A stretch of DNA of 64,000 nucleotides, from positions 187,284-251,283 of the forward strand of contig JBAZKE010000001.1 of assembly GCA_041650915.1 (NCBI GenBank), in the 5' to 3' direction. Positions 48,205 through 58,246 of the stretch are shown here, piece after piece; position 1 is the first letter of the stretch; each line of letters starts with the position of its first letter. The translations under genes were made by a program, and so were the position numbers. Below the pieces are notes generated by a model, which searched no databases, was not told the origin of the DNA, and was given only the letters and a program-made list of their open reading frames with translations. Source of the stretch: Patescibacteria group bacterium (GTDB lineage: Bacteria > Patescibacteriota > Patescibacteriia > UBA10025 > JAHIVO01).

Positions 48205-48738
48205 ATGAAAAAAAACATTTACTTTCTGCTCTTCCTGGCGCTCATCGCCGGGGCGAGCGTACTCATGCGGCTGCTGCCGCACCCCGCAAACTTCATTCCG
48301 ATCGGCGCCCTCGCACTCTTCAGCGGGACGCACATCCGGTCGCGGTGGGGAATTCTCCTGCCGGTCGCGGTAATGGCAGTGAGCGATATCATCATAGGCC
48401 TGCACAGCCTCTACCTTGTTACCTGGGGCAGCTTTCTCCTGATCGGCATGATCGGCTGGTGGGTACGGAACAAGAAGAGTGCGCTGCGCATCGTCAGCGG
48501 ATCCGTGACGGGCTCAGTTCTATTTTTTCTGTTGACGAATTTTGCCGTATGGCTCTTCACGCCGCTCTACGCAAAGACTACGGCAGGGCTTGTACAGTGC
48601 TACTATATGGCAATCCCGTTTTTTAGAAATACCATCCTTGGTGATCTGTTCTACGTCGCTGTTTTTTTCGGCCTGTACGCCATTATCAGAAAAACAGCGG
48701 CTGTATACCGCAAGCAATCCATGACGGCAATCCAGTAG
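48205..48738 (+). CDS. Putative cobalamin transporter S-component (DUF6580/BtuM-like)
   Basis: 177 aa, about 6 TM; RLLPHPANFIPIGALALFSG, FFLLTNFAVW, GLVQCY..AIPFFRNT; start ATG 48205 after GAGGA. Confidence 0.75.
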   Translation: MKKNIYFLLFLALIAGASVLMRLLPHPANFIPIGALALFSGTHIRSRWGILLPVAVMAVSDIIIGLHSLYLVTWGSFLLIGMIGWWVRNKKSALRIVSGSVTGSVLFFLLTNFAVWLFTPLYAKTTAGLVQCYYMAIPFFRNTILGDLFYVAVFFGLYAIIRKTAAVYRKQSMTAIQ

Positions 48739-48808
48739 GGCAGCCTGGCCGGATGCGAGGGGTTTCCCTGGTGCGCGTTATTTACTATAATAGAGGGTGT
48801 AATCCCTT

Positions 48809-49726
48809 ATGGCACCGTATCAACAGTACAAGCGCTATCGGCAGCCTTCTAAAAGGCCTATGCTCCAGATAGGCAAGATTGTCGTCTTTATCGGGATTGC
48901 ATTCATACTCTATCTTATTGGAAGGTCAATTTTTGGGAGCAGCCCAACTGTGGAGAGCGTGCTTCCGAATACTAACGCCACTGTCAATGCCGACGCTGGG
49001 ACCGAGAGTAGCAATTCGAACGGCAATACGAATGCAGGTTCGAATACCAATGGCGAAACAAACGTCAATTCAAACGTGAATGTCGATGCCTCTGAAGCCG
49101 CATCTTTCGATCTCGGTTCGTGCACGGGCGTGATATCGAGCGGCAAGGCCGGCACGAAAGCCGTGAGCCTTACCTTCAACGTCGGGACAACCAAGGAGGG
49201 GGAGGTTCAGAAGGTGCTTGATGCGCTCAAGAACGCGAATGTCGAGGCTGACTTTTTTGCCCGCGGCGACGTAGCTGAGGAGAATCCCGATCTGATCAAA
49301 AAAATCGGCGATGCTGGTTTTCCCATCCATAATTTGAGCTACAGCCATCCGTACTTTACGGACCTTCCGACGAGCGGCATGGCGGAGCAGCTCGAGAATG
49401 CCGAGGCGGCGATTTCCCAGCGGACCGGCAAGACGACGAAACCGTTTTTCCGGCCGCCGTACGGCGATGCAGATGAGGACGTCGCTGCAGCCGCGCATGA
49501 AGCTGGCTACTGCACCGTAACGTGGAGCATTGATGCGATGGATTGGTCAACCGAATTCACCGCGGTACAGTCGAAAGAGCGGGTACTGTCGAATGTGAAG
49601 AACGGTTCGATCATACTTATGCAGGCGAGCAACTCCACGACCGCTGAAATCATTCAAGACGTCATTACGGAGCTCAAGAACGGCGGCTACGCCATCGTCA
49701 AACTTGAATCACTACTTGCACCGTAG
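48809..49726 (+). CDS. Membrane-anchored NodB/CE4 polysaccharide deacetylase-like protein with degenerate motifs
   Basis: TM, Asn-rich linker, LTFNVG, NLSYSHP, FRPPYG, WSIDAMDW, IILMQ. Confidence 0.85.
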   Translation: MAPYQQYKRYRQPSKRPMLQIGKIVVFIGIAFILYLIGRSIFGSSPTVESVLPNTNATVNADAGTESSNSNGNTNAGSNTNGETNVNSNVNVDASEAASFDLGSCTGVISSGKAGTKAVSLTFNVGTTKEGEVQKVLDALKNANVEADFFARGDVAEENPDLIKKIGDAGFPIHNLSYSHPYFTDLPTSGMAEQLENAEAAISQRTGKTTKPFFRPPYGDADEDVAAAAHEAGYCTVTWSIDAMDWSTEFTAVQSKERVLSNVKNGSIILMQASNSTTAEIIQDVITELKNGGYAIVKLESLLAP

Positions 49727-49729
49727 CGT

Positions 49730-49942
49730 ATGTCGGAAGAAGAGCTCAAACAGCTGCTGAATACAAATATCGAACTAACGCGGAGCGTGTATGAGTCGCT
49801 CGAGCGCCAGCGCAAGGTAAGGCTCTGGACGCTCATTCTCGGCATTGCGGTGATTGTGCTTCCGTTGATTGCAGCCGCATTTGCCGTTCCATGGATGATC
49901 AGCACCATCGAGTCGTACTACGGGGGTGCGCTCAATTACTAG
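49730..49942 (+). CDS. Small single-TM hypothetical protein
   Basis: 70 aa; coiled N-terminus plus TM; starts 3 nt after the previous stop. Confidence 0.7.
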   Translation: MSEEELKQLLNTNIELTRSVYESLERQRKVRLWTLILGIAVIVLPLIAAAFAVPWMISTIESYYGGALNY

Positions 49943-50018
49943 AATGGCGGACGACTTGACAGGTCGGGAAAAGCTGATTCATAATAGTAGTACTCTAATA
50001 CATTAGCTATTTTTTCAT

Positions 50019-51347
50019 ATGGCAGTAATATCGAAATCAAAATCAGGAACAAAAAAGTTGCCTCCCGCAGCGGGCAGTAAGCCCGACGGGAACAATCCTT
50101 CCGCCGGAATCGAACCGCCCCGACAGGCGCTCCGTACGGTCGCCATTTTCACCATTACACTCAGCGTGCTGTTCGGAGGGATAGCAGGGGCTGTGTTCGG
50201 AGCGTGGATAAGCACCGATGAATCCGCCGCGTCGTGGATCCAGCAGAACGTTTTTGGCACGTCATCAACGCAGTCCGTTGTTCCGCCGGTGGGCGAGTCA
50301 AAAATTATGATTGTTGAAGAGGAATCGGCAACAATCGACGTCGTAGAGACAGTCCGTCCCTCTGTCGTCAGCATAGTCGTAACACAGGATTTGAGCACTA
50401 TCTACAATTTAACAGGCCCGAATTTGTCGCCGTTTGGGGACCTCTTTTCTTTTCCGGGAGAGCAGGCGCCGGAGGGGGAGCAGGAGGTTGGAGCGGGGAC
50501 GGGTTTTATCATCAGGGCTGACGGCCTCATCCTTACTAATAAGCACGTCGTGGCGACGGAGGATGCGGAGTATACCGTTATCCTCAACGACGGGGAGCAG
50601 TTTGACGCGACGATTATCGATACGGACCCGTTCAACGATATCGCGCTGCTTAAGATCGACGCTACGGACTTGCCGGCGGTTGAGCTCGGTGATTCTGATG
50701 CGCTCAAGATAGGGCAGACCGTGATCGCGATCGGCAATACGCTCGGTGAGTACCAGAATACGGTCACGCAAGGCATCGTTTCCGGCCTCTCACGCACGGT
50801 CACGGCAGGGGACGGCAGGGGCCAGTCTGAGACGCTCGAGGGCATCGTCCAGACCGATGCCGCAATCAACTCGGGCAATTCCGGCGGGCCACTCCTCAAT
50901 CTCGACGGGCAGGTCATCGGCGTCAATACCGCCATTAGCCTCGACGGACAGCTCGTAGGATTTGCGATACCGATCAACCAGGCGAAGCGGTCGATCGACA
51001 GCGTCGAAGAATACGGCCGGATCGTGCGCCCGTACCTCGGCGTACGGTACATGCTGCTCAATGAGGAGATTGCCAAAGAAAACAACCTTCCAGTCGATTA
51101 TGGCGCGCTGGTTGTAAAGGGCAGCCAGGCGTCAGACCTTGCGATCGTACCGGGAAGCCCGGCTGACATCGCGGGGCTCGAGGAGAATGATATTATTCTT
51201 GAGGTGGATGGCGAGCGCATAACCGAAGAACGGAGCCTCGCGAAGCAGCTCCAGCAGTACAATCCCGGCGATACGGTCACGCTCAAGCTGCTGCACGACG
51301 GCGCGGAGAAGACCGTGGAAGCGGTTCTTGCGGAGGTTGAAGAGTAA
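50019..51347 (+). CDS. htrA: HtrA/DegP-family serine protease with PDZ domain
   Basis: TM, GTGFII, TNKHVV, DIALLK, QTDAAINSGNSGGPL and PDZ (PYLGV, GSPA..AGL). Confidence 0.93.
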   Translation: MAVISKSKSGTKKLPPAAGSKPDGNNPSAGIEPPRQALRTVAIFTITLSVLFGGIAGAVFGAWISTDESAASWIQQNVFGTSSTQSVVPPVGESKIMIVEEESATIDVVETVRPSVVSIVVTQDLSTIYNLTGPNLSPFGDLFSFPGEQAPEGEQEVGAGTGFIIRADGLILTNKHVVATEDAEYTVILNDGEQFDATIIDTDPFNDIALLKIDATDLPAVELGDSDALKIGQTVIAIGNTLGEYQNTVTQGIVSGLSRTVTAGDGRGQSETLEGIVQTDAAINSGNSGGPLLNLDGQVIGVNTAISLDGQLVGFAIPINQAKRSIDSVEEYGRIVRPYLGVRYMLLNEEIAKENNLPVDYGALVVKGSQASDLAIVPGSPADIAGLEENDIILEVDGERITEERSLAKQLQQYNPGDTVTLKLLHDGAEKTVEAVLAEVEE

Positions 51348-51369
51348 TTAATTCCTCATACATACCACT

Positions 51370-52032
51370 ATGAAACGAGAAGCCGCTCAGGAAGATATGG
51401 TCGGAGATGGGATGGAGAGTAAAAAGCCCGGCATGGAACCGCAGGCAGACGAGGCGGCAGCAGTGGAGCCAGAGGCGCCCGATGATGAAGTTGCCGAACC
51501 AGTCGCTGGCGCCACAGCGGGTAGGGGTAAGCAGCGAGCAGTGCCTCCGGAAAGCGTGATAGCCCGTGAACCGGTAGGACAGAGCCGACAGCCAGATCAG
51601 GATCAGCACCCTGCAGGCGAGGTCCATAACGTTGAGCAGGCGGAGGGCATTGACAGTGGAGAGGTGAAGATGCGGGATGAGCGCGAGTTTTTCGAAAAGC
51701 TCTTTCGGGCGATGGATCGCTACCGTGATCCAGGCTGGACTCTGGGGAAAATCAGGGCAAACAGCGCTTCAATGCGCCCGCTGCTTGGGGAAATCGAAGA
51801 TTTGCTTGAGGGGGGCGGCATTTCGAGCAAGGACACGAAGAAGAAACTGCTCACCGAAGTGCTGACGCAGGTCAGGGAGGCGAAGGGTTTTGATGATTTT
51901 TTCCGCTCGATATCGAAGCGCGGGGCAATGCCTGCGGGCAGCACGCTCGCAGAGTTCCACGATGCTTTCATCGCGGGACGGGAAGCGCAACGCCACGACG
52001 AGATCGGGGATGATGTCACTTCTGCGGCTTAG
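51370..52032 (+). CDS. Hypothetical protein with acidic disordered N-terminus
   Basis: 220-aa ATG ORF filling the gap between htrA and a terminator. Confidence 0.6.
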   Translation: MKREAAQEDMVGDGMESKKPGMEPQADEAAAVEPEAPDDEVAEPVAGATAGRGKQRAVPPESVIAREPVGQSRQPDQDQHPAGEVHNVEQAEGIDSGEVKMRDEREFFEKLFRAMDRYRDPGWTLGKIRANSASMRPLLGEIEDLLEGGGISSKDTKKKLLTEVLTQVREAKGFDDFFRSISKRGAMPAGSTLAEFHDAFIAGREAQRHDEIGDDVTSAA

Positions 52033-52054
52033 CAATTTTTACGCAATATTTTTT

Positions 52055-52084
52055 AACAGCCCCCGCTTTTCGCTGGGGGCTGTT
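52055..52084. terminator. Hairpin between convergent genes
   Basis: AACAGCCCCC-loop-GGGGGCTGTT. Confidence 0.7.
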
Positions 52085-52110
52085 GTAATCCTGATTGCGG
52101 GAGGGCGCTC

Positions 52111-53463
52111 CTAGAGGTCCTGGAGGTAATGCTTGAGTTCGTAATCGGTCACCGTTTTCCTGAAGTTATCCCACTCAATTTGCTTGTTTGCTATGAGCGA
52201 GTTGAATACGTGTTCGCCGAGCGTCTGTTTCATGAGCGGATCCTTTTTGAAGTGCTCGATTGCTTCACTCAGGTTTGACGGGAGTGAATCGATGCCGAGC
52301 TGGTTCCTCCGCTCGGGTGACATTGAAAAAATATCTTCTTCGATTGGAGGGGGGAGCGCTGCCGGATTTTGTATGCCGTCGAGCGCTGCAGCCTGCATGA
52401 CCGCAAAAACGAGGTACGGGTTGCACGCGGGGTCGGGATTGCGCAGCTCAATCCGTGCGGCACTCGCGTTTTTAAATGCGGGGATGCGTATAAGGGAGGT
52501 GCGGTTTCTTGTGCCGTACGAGATATACGCCGGAGCTTCAAACCCGGGAATGAGGCGCTTGTATGAGTTAACCCATTGGTTCGTGATCAGGCACATTCCT
52601 CTGATGTGGCGCAGCATGCCCGCGATGCAGTTATGGGCTACTTCAGAGAGCGCGAACGTGCCATGCTCATCGTAGAAGATGTTGTGCGTGCCATTAGGAT
52701 CATTTCCATCATTTTTGAATATGGAGAAATGTACATGCATTCCTGATCCGTTCTGGTCGGAGAGCGGCTTCGGCATGAAGGTAGCGTAAATTTCCTCCTG
52801 GATCGCCGTTTCCTTGATGACGAACCGTGCCGTCATCAGCTGGTCTGCCATTTTAAGCATCCGGTGGTAGTGGGGATCGATCTCATGCTGTGAGTGCGCG
52901 ACTTCGTGGTGGAGGCTCTCAATTTTAACTCCCATTTGCTCGAGCGCCGAAACCGCCTTTTTCCGGGCGCGCGTCCCCTGGTCTACGGTTGAGGCGTCGA
53001 AGTACCCGCGCTTGTCGAGAATGTCGGTTCCGCAATTATTTTTAAAGTAGAAGTACTCTATTTCCGGACCGGCTTTTGCGATCAAGCCTTCGCGCTCGAG
53101 CCGCTGTGTGGTTTGCTTGAGGATATGCCGCGGATCGCCCTCGAAGGGGGTGCCGTCGGGCATCTGGACGTCACAGTACATAAACGCGACACGGTCGCCG
53201 TTAATCGGCCAGGGAAATACGTTAAACGATTCGATATCCGGTTTAATAATCAGATCCGATTCCTCTATTCGGGCGAATCCTTCAATAGAGGAGCCGTCGA
53301 TGGTCTGCCCCTGGTCGAGGACCTTGTCGAGTTCTCTTCTCGCAATGCTGATACTCTTGAGGCGGCCGAGGACATCGGTAAACTGCAGCCGGATGTAGCT
53401 GACATTCAGCTCGTCGATTTTTTCGTTGAGCTCTTGTACGGACGCTGGTTTTTTTTGCCTCAT
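52111..53463 (-). CDS. glnA: Glutamine synthetase type I
   Basis: FTDVLG, DGSSIEGF, GPEIEY, HHEVA, ATFMPKP, NGSGMHVH, NSYKRL, RIELRNPD; start ATG 53463. Confidence 0.93.
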   Translation of the reverse strand: MRQKKPASVQELNEKIDELNVSYIRLQFTDVLGRLKSISIARRELDKVLDQGQTIDGSSIEGFARIEESDLIIKPDIESFNVFPWPINGDRVAFMYCDVQMPDGTPFEGDPRHILKQTTQRLEREGLIAKAGPEIEYFYFKNNCGTDILDKRGYFDASTVDQGTRARKKAVSALEQMGVKIESLHHEVAHSQHEIDPHYHRMLKMADQLMTARFVIKETAIQEEIYATFMPKPLSDQNGSGMHVHFSIFKNDGNDPNGTHNIFYDEHGTFALSEVAHNCIAGMLRHIRGMCLITNQWVNSYKRLIPGFEAPAYISYGTRNRTSLIRIPAFKNASAARIELRNPDPACNPYLVFAVMQAAALDGIQNPAALPPPIEEDIFSMSPERRNQLGIDSLPSNLSEAIEHFKKDPLMKQTLGEHVFNSLIANKQIEWDNFRKTVTDYELKHYLQDL

Positions 53464-53668
53464 AGCGGTTTCAGTTATTATATTAAACTGCCGGATTGTA
53501 CGAGTGAAGGAGCCCCCGCGGCTCCTTTGTACTAACAGTAGCGTATTTTCCGTGCGAATATTTAATATAGACAGTATAGAAGCAACGGCGAACCGCGTCA
53601 AATTTGCAAAAGCCGCTCCATTCAGCTATGATACCGATATTGACCGAACCGGTAAGAGCGCATATGAT

Positions 53669-54767
53669 ATGAAAGAATTAATTGAGAAGGTTACCTCGCT
53701 CAGAGAGAAGATCTTCCGTACATGGGGGTATCTTTGACCTCGATACCGTAAAAAATGAGGTGAAATCGCTCGAGTTTGAGATGGCTGAACCCCACTTTTG
53801 GTCAAACCCGGAAAAAGCGAAAAGTACAGGCCAGCGCTTCGATGAGCTCCGCGGTGAGATCGAACGCTGGGAGTCGATCCGGAAGGATGTCGATGATCTG
53901 CTCAGCATTGCGAAGGAATCCGAACGAGAGAATGATCACGCCCTCAAGCTGGAGATTACAGACCGTTATGGGCAGCTCCTCAAAAAGTTCAATGCGCTGG
54001 AGTTTTACATACTGCTGTCAGGGGACTATGATAAGCGGGACGCTCTCCTCGCGATCCATGCAGGAGCGGGCGGCGTTGACGCCCAGGATTGGGCAGCGAT
54101 GCTCCTCCGGATGTACACTCGATTCGCGGAGCGCAAGGGGTGGACCGTGCGGATACTTGATCAGTCAGTCGGATCGGAAGCCGGGATCAAAAGCGTAACC
54201 GTGGAGGTCAACGGGCGGTACGCGTACGGTTTTTTGAAATCGGAAGCGGGCGTCCACCGGCTCGTGCGCATTTCTCCCTTTGATGCGGAAAAGATGCGGC
54301 ACACCTCATTTGCGCTCGTGGAAGTCTTGCCGGAGCTCGGTGACATCGCGGAAAGCGCGATCAACGAAAAGGATATACGGGTTGATACGTTCCTCTCATC
54401 GGGACACGGCGGGCAGTCTGTAAACACGACGTACTCAGCAGTCAGGATCGTACATATTCCTACCGGTATCCGCGTATCGTGCCAGAATGAGCGGTCCCAG
54501 CAGCAGAACAGGGAAACCGCTTTGAAGATACTGCAGAGCAAGCTGCACGCGAGGCGCCTCGCGGAACAGCAGCATGAGAAACAGCAGCTCCGGGGCGAAT
54601 ACCAGGAAGCAGCTTGGGGGAACCAGGTGCGTTCGTATGTCCTCCACCCGTACCAGATGGTCAAAGACCACCGTACGAAGCACGAGGTTGGCCAGACGGA
54701 CGCTGTCCTCGACGGGTCACTCGATGATTTCATAGAAAGCTATTTACGAATGAAGGCAAAAAAATAA
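53669..54767 (+). CDS. prfB: Peptide chain release factor 2 with programmed +1 frameshift
   Basis: ORF0 MKELIEK...WGYL-TGA; GGGGG-TAT-CTT-TGA-C at 53724-53738; the +1 frame carries SPF and GGQ. Confidence 0.96.
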
Positions 54768-54768
54768 T

Positions 54769-56664
54769 ATGTGCGGCATTGTCGGATACATTGGAACAAA
54801 AGATGCGCAGACCATACTGCTCGATGGGCTGAAACGTTTGGAGTACCGGGGGTACGATTCAGCCGGCATGACGACGGTGGGCGATACGCTCCAGACCGTC
54901 AAGGTAGCGGGCAGGATCACCGGGCTTGAAGAGCGGCTCAAGGAGCACTCGCTGGCCGGATCGGTCGGCATAGCGCATACGCGCTGGGCAACGCACGGGG
55001 AGCCGTCTGAACTCAACGCGCATCCCCATACGGACTGCGACGGGACGATTGCGATCGCACACAACGGGATTATTGAAAATTACCGTTCGCTCCGGAGCCT
55101 GCTCGAACGGGAAGGCCACACCTTCCGTACGGACACCGATACCGAGGTCATTGCGCACCTCATCGAGGGGTACTATGAAGGCAAGAACCTCGAGGGTGCA
55201 GTACGGAAAGCCCTGCGGCAGCTCGAGGGCACGTACGGCCTCGTCATCGTCAGCAGCGCTGAGCCGAAGAAAATTGTGGTCGCTCGGAACGGCAGTCCGA
55301 TCGTGCTCGGCATCAAGGAGGATGAGTACTTCGTTGCTTCCGATGCCTCCGCAATCCTCCCCTACACCCGCCAGGTCGTGTATCTCGAAGACGGTGAGAT
55401 GGCGACGTTGACGAGTAAGGGTTATAAGATTACGACGCTCGACAATCAGTCAGTCGACAAGAATGTCGAGCAGATCACCTGGGACCTCGAACAGATTGAG
55501 AAGGGGGGGTACACCCACTTTATGCTCAAGGAGATTTTTGAGCAGCCGCAGGCGATCGAAAATATTCTCGGCGGCAAAGTGAAGCGTGACGCTCCCGACG
55601 TCCGCCTGCGGTGCCTGCGTGAGGGGTTCCCGGAGAAGGTGAGCCGGATCAATTCAATCAAGATACTCGCGTGCGGAACTTCGTGGCACGCGGGGCTTGT
55701 CGGGTCATTCCTCATGGAGAAGGTGCTTCGCGTCCCCGTTACGTGTGAGCAGGCAGCCGAATTCCGCTATCGGCACCCGGTCATCCCTCCGAATACCGTG
55801 GCGCTGAGCATTTCCCAGTCCGGGGAGACGTCCGATACCAAGGGGGCCGTTGAGCTGGTCAAGAAGCTCGGAGCGTACAGTCTCGGGATCGTGAACGTCG
55901 TCGGTTCGAGCATTGCCCGCCTCGTTGACGGCGGCGTGTACCTGCACGCCGGCCCGGAAATCGGCGTCGCCTCAACGAAAGCTTTCTCAACGCAGGTTGC
56001 CGCACTCTCGCTCCTCAATATGGGGTTGGCGAAGTTCATGGATGAGCGCCAGCCGCTCGAGGGCGGCAAACCCCGCATGATCGATGACGATTATATCAAA
56101 ATCGCGAATGAACTCATCAGCCTTCCCGCAAAGGTAGAGCAAGTGTTGAGGAATGTGTATGACAAAGATACCGGCACGGGAATCGTGCAGGAGATTGCCC
56201 GTGAGTTCAAAAGGAATGACAATTTCCTGTACCTCGGCCGCGGCTACAATTTTCCGATTGCGCTCGAGGGAGCGCTCAAGCTCAAAGAAATTTCATACGT
56301 GCACGCCGAGGGTTATTCGGCAGCCGAGATGAAGCACGGTCCGATCGCCCTTATCGACGAGAATATGCCGGTCGTCATCATTGCACCGACTGACAGTGAA
56401 GAGCCGTCGAGCTACGATAAAATCGCCTCAAACGCGGAGGAAGTCCGTGCGCGGGGCGGCAGGATTATCGCGGTCGTCAACCACGGCGATTCTATCATAT
56501 CAAAGATGGCGGAGTGGGTAATCGAAATTCCCAATACGCTTGGCCACCTCGTGCCCGTGCTGGCCACCATTCCGCTGCAACTGCTCGCGTATGAGATTGC
56601 CGTGCTCCGCGGGCTCGATCCGGACAAGCCCCGCAACCTCGCAAAGTCGGTGACGGTAGAGTAG
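54769..56664 (+). CDS. glmS: Glutamine--fructose-6-phosphate aminotransferase
   Basis: MCGIVG, EYRGYDSAG, HTRWATHG, SQSGET, VASTKAF, PRNLAKSVTVE. Confidence 0.97.
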   Translation: MCGIVGYIGTKDAQTILLDGLKRLEYRGYDSAGMTTVGDTLQTVKVAGRITGLEERLKEHSLAGSVGIAHTRWATHGEPSELNAHPHTDCDGTIAIAHNGIIENYRSLRSLLEREGHTFRTDTDTEVIAHLIEGYYEGKNLEGAVRKALRQLEGTYGLVIVSSAEPKKIVVARNGSPIVLGIKEDEYFVASDASAILPYTRQVVYLEDGEMATLTSKGYKITTLDNQSVDKNVEQITWDLEQIEKGGYTHFMLKEIFEQPQAIENILGGKVKRDAPDVRLRCLREGFPEKVSRINSIKILACGTSWHAGLVGSFLMEKVLRVPVTCEQAAEFRYRHPVIPPNTVALSISQSGETSDTKGAVELVKKLGAYSLGIVNVVGSSIARLVDGGVYLHAGPEIGVASTKAFSTQVAALSLLNMGLAKFMDERQPLEGGKPRMIDDDYIKIANELISLPAKVEQVLRNVYDKDTGTGIVQEIAREFKRNDNFLYLGRGYNFPIALEGALKLKEISYVHAEGYSAAEMKHGPIALIDENMPVVIIAPTDSEEPSSYDKIASNAEEVRARGGRIIAVVNHGDSIISKMAEWVIEIPNTLGHLVPVLATIPLQLLAYEIAVLRGLDPDKPRNLAKSVTVE

Positions 56665-56736
56665 GTTGACGTAGGCAGGCGGCTGCGCTAGGATAGAGAT
56701 ATAGACCTTCCCCACAACGTGCGGAAGGGATTTTGC

Positions 56737-58245
56737 ATGGGTGGGATAACAAAATCGAAAATATTCTGTGCGGTCTGTCTGAGCGTTGTACTCGGCGTCG
56801 GCATTCGGTCCTTTTTTACGGTTCCGGTCGCTCTGCTGTACGCTGCAGGCATGCTTGGCTGTACAGTGATGCTCGTATGGTGGGCATCAAAACCTGCCCG
56901 GCTCATCGGCCTGTCAATCATCGCGCTAACTGTTGGTGTCGTCCGCTATGAGCTTGCCATGCCAGCCGTTGACGGCGGCTCCATCGCATCGTACAACGGC
57001 ACCGCAGTCCGGTTTGCCGGCATTGTCGCGGCAGAGCCGGACCAGCGGAAAGACCACACTAAATTAACGGTCGAAGCGCAGCGTGGCATAGCAGGCGCGC
57101 CTGCTGCGCTGCATGGTAAAGTGCTCGTGAAGACAACACCCTATCCGGCGTACGGGTACGGTGACCTGCTTGATATTACCTGCAGCTTAGTCGCCCCCGA
57201 GCCGATTGAGTTTGAAACCGACGTTGGCATCCGGACGTTTCGGTACGACCAGTACCTGTCGAGGTTTTCGATCTACTCGCTCTGCTACCGTCCGAGCATT
57301 ACAAAGGCGGCAGCTGGCCAGGGAAACGTTCTCCTCGGCGGTGCGCTCGCCGTGAAGGGATATTTCGTTTCCCTCGTGCAGGACGTATTTGCCGAGCCGC
57401 ACGCGTCTTTCCTCAACGGGCTCCTGCTCGGAGCGAAGAAAAGCATCCCGGACGATCTCATGGAGGCGTTTAATAGGACCGGCACGACGCACATCGTAGC
57501 GCTCTCCGGGTACAATATTGCGATCATCGCGGTGCTGGTCCAGAAGCTATGCTTGCGGCTGTGGATTTCCAGGAAGAGGGCTTTCTGGGCATCACTCGGG
57601 GCAATTTGCTTTTTTGTGCTTATCACTGGAGCGCAGGCCTCCGTTTTGCGCGCCGGGATCATGGGCATGCTCGTGCTCCTCGCGCTGCAGCTCGGGCGGC
57701 TGAGCAGGATAACCAATACGCTTGTACTTGCAGCTGCCGTCATGGTGCTGATCAACCCGAAGGTACTCGTTTTCGATGCGGGCTTCCAACTCTCGTTCCT
57801 CGCGACGATCGGGCTCGTGTACGTCTCACCGCAGCTCGAAAGGCTCTTCTCGTGGGTGCCGGCTGCGTTCGAGCTGCGGGGGAGCCTGACGGCGACGCTC
57901 GCAGCGACGGCAATGACGCTCCCGCTCATTATTTTCCAGTTCGGCCGGCTCTCAGCGGTGTCGCCGGTCGTCAATGTTTTGATCCTTCCAGCGATTCCGA
58001 TAGCTATGGGTTTCGGTTTTGTTACTGGCCTTGCGGCGCTCGTTTCCGTCGGCGCAGCGCGCGTGCTGGGCTGGATCGTATGGGCGATACTGAGCTACAT
58101 CATGCTCGTTGTTGAATTTTTTTCGAACCTTCCGTTTTCATCATTTAACATCGGCCAAATCAGCTGGTTGTGGGTTGCGGTGAGTTACGTAACGATCGCC
58201 GTGCTGATCCTGCTCAGCAGACAGCCGGGGAGGCAACGGGCGTAG
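56737..58245 (+). CDS. comEC: ComEC DNA uptake channel (OB-fold and Competence domains)
   Basis: GTTHIVALSGYN, SVLRAGIM, DAGFQLSFLAT; promoter TTGACG-N17-TAGGAT at 56666-56694. Confidence 0.93.
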   Translation: MGGITKSKIFCAVCLSVVLGVGIRSFFTVPVALLYAAGMLGCTVMLVWWASKPARLIGLSIIALTVGVVRYELAMPAVDGGSIASYNGTAVRFAGIVAAEPDQRKDHTKLTVEAQRGIAGAPAALHGKVLVKTTPYPAYGYGDLLDITCSLVAPEPIEFETDVGIRTFRYDQYLSRFSIYSLCYRPSITKAAAGQGNVLLGGALAVKGYFVSLVQDVFAEPHASFLNGLLLGAKKSIPDDLMEAFNRTGTTHIVALSGYNIAIIAVLVQKLCLRLWISRKRAFWASLGAICFFVLITGAQASVLRAGIMGMLVLLALQLGRLSRITNTLVLAAAVMVLINPKVLVFDAGFQLSFLATIGLVYVSPQLERLFSWVPAAFELRGSLTATLAATAMTLPLIIFQFGRLSAVSPVVNVLILPAIPIAMGFGFVTGLAALVSVGAARVLGWIVWAILSYIMLVVEFFSNLPFSSFNIGQISWLWVAVSYVTIAVLILLSRQPGRQRA

Positions 58246-58246
58246 T

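Noticed and set aside
53682-53737. Track start for prfB, or prfB as a pseudogene
   Set aside because: The canonical CTT-TGA-C programmed frameshift with an upstream SD-like G-run explains the split
54740-54769. glmS ribozyme
   Set aside because: There is no leader space because glmS begins 1 nt after prfB
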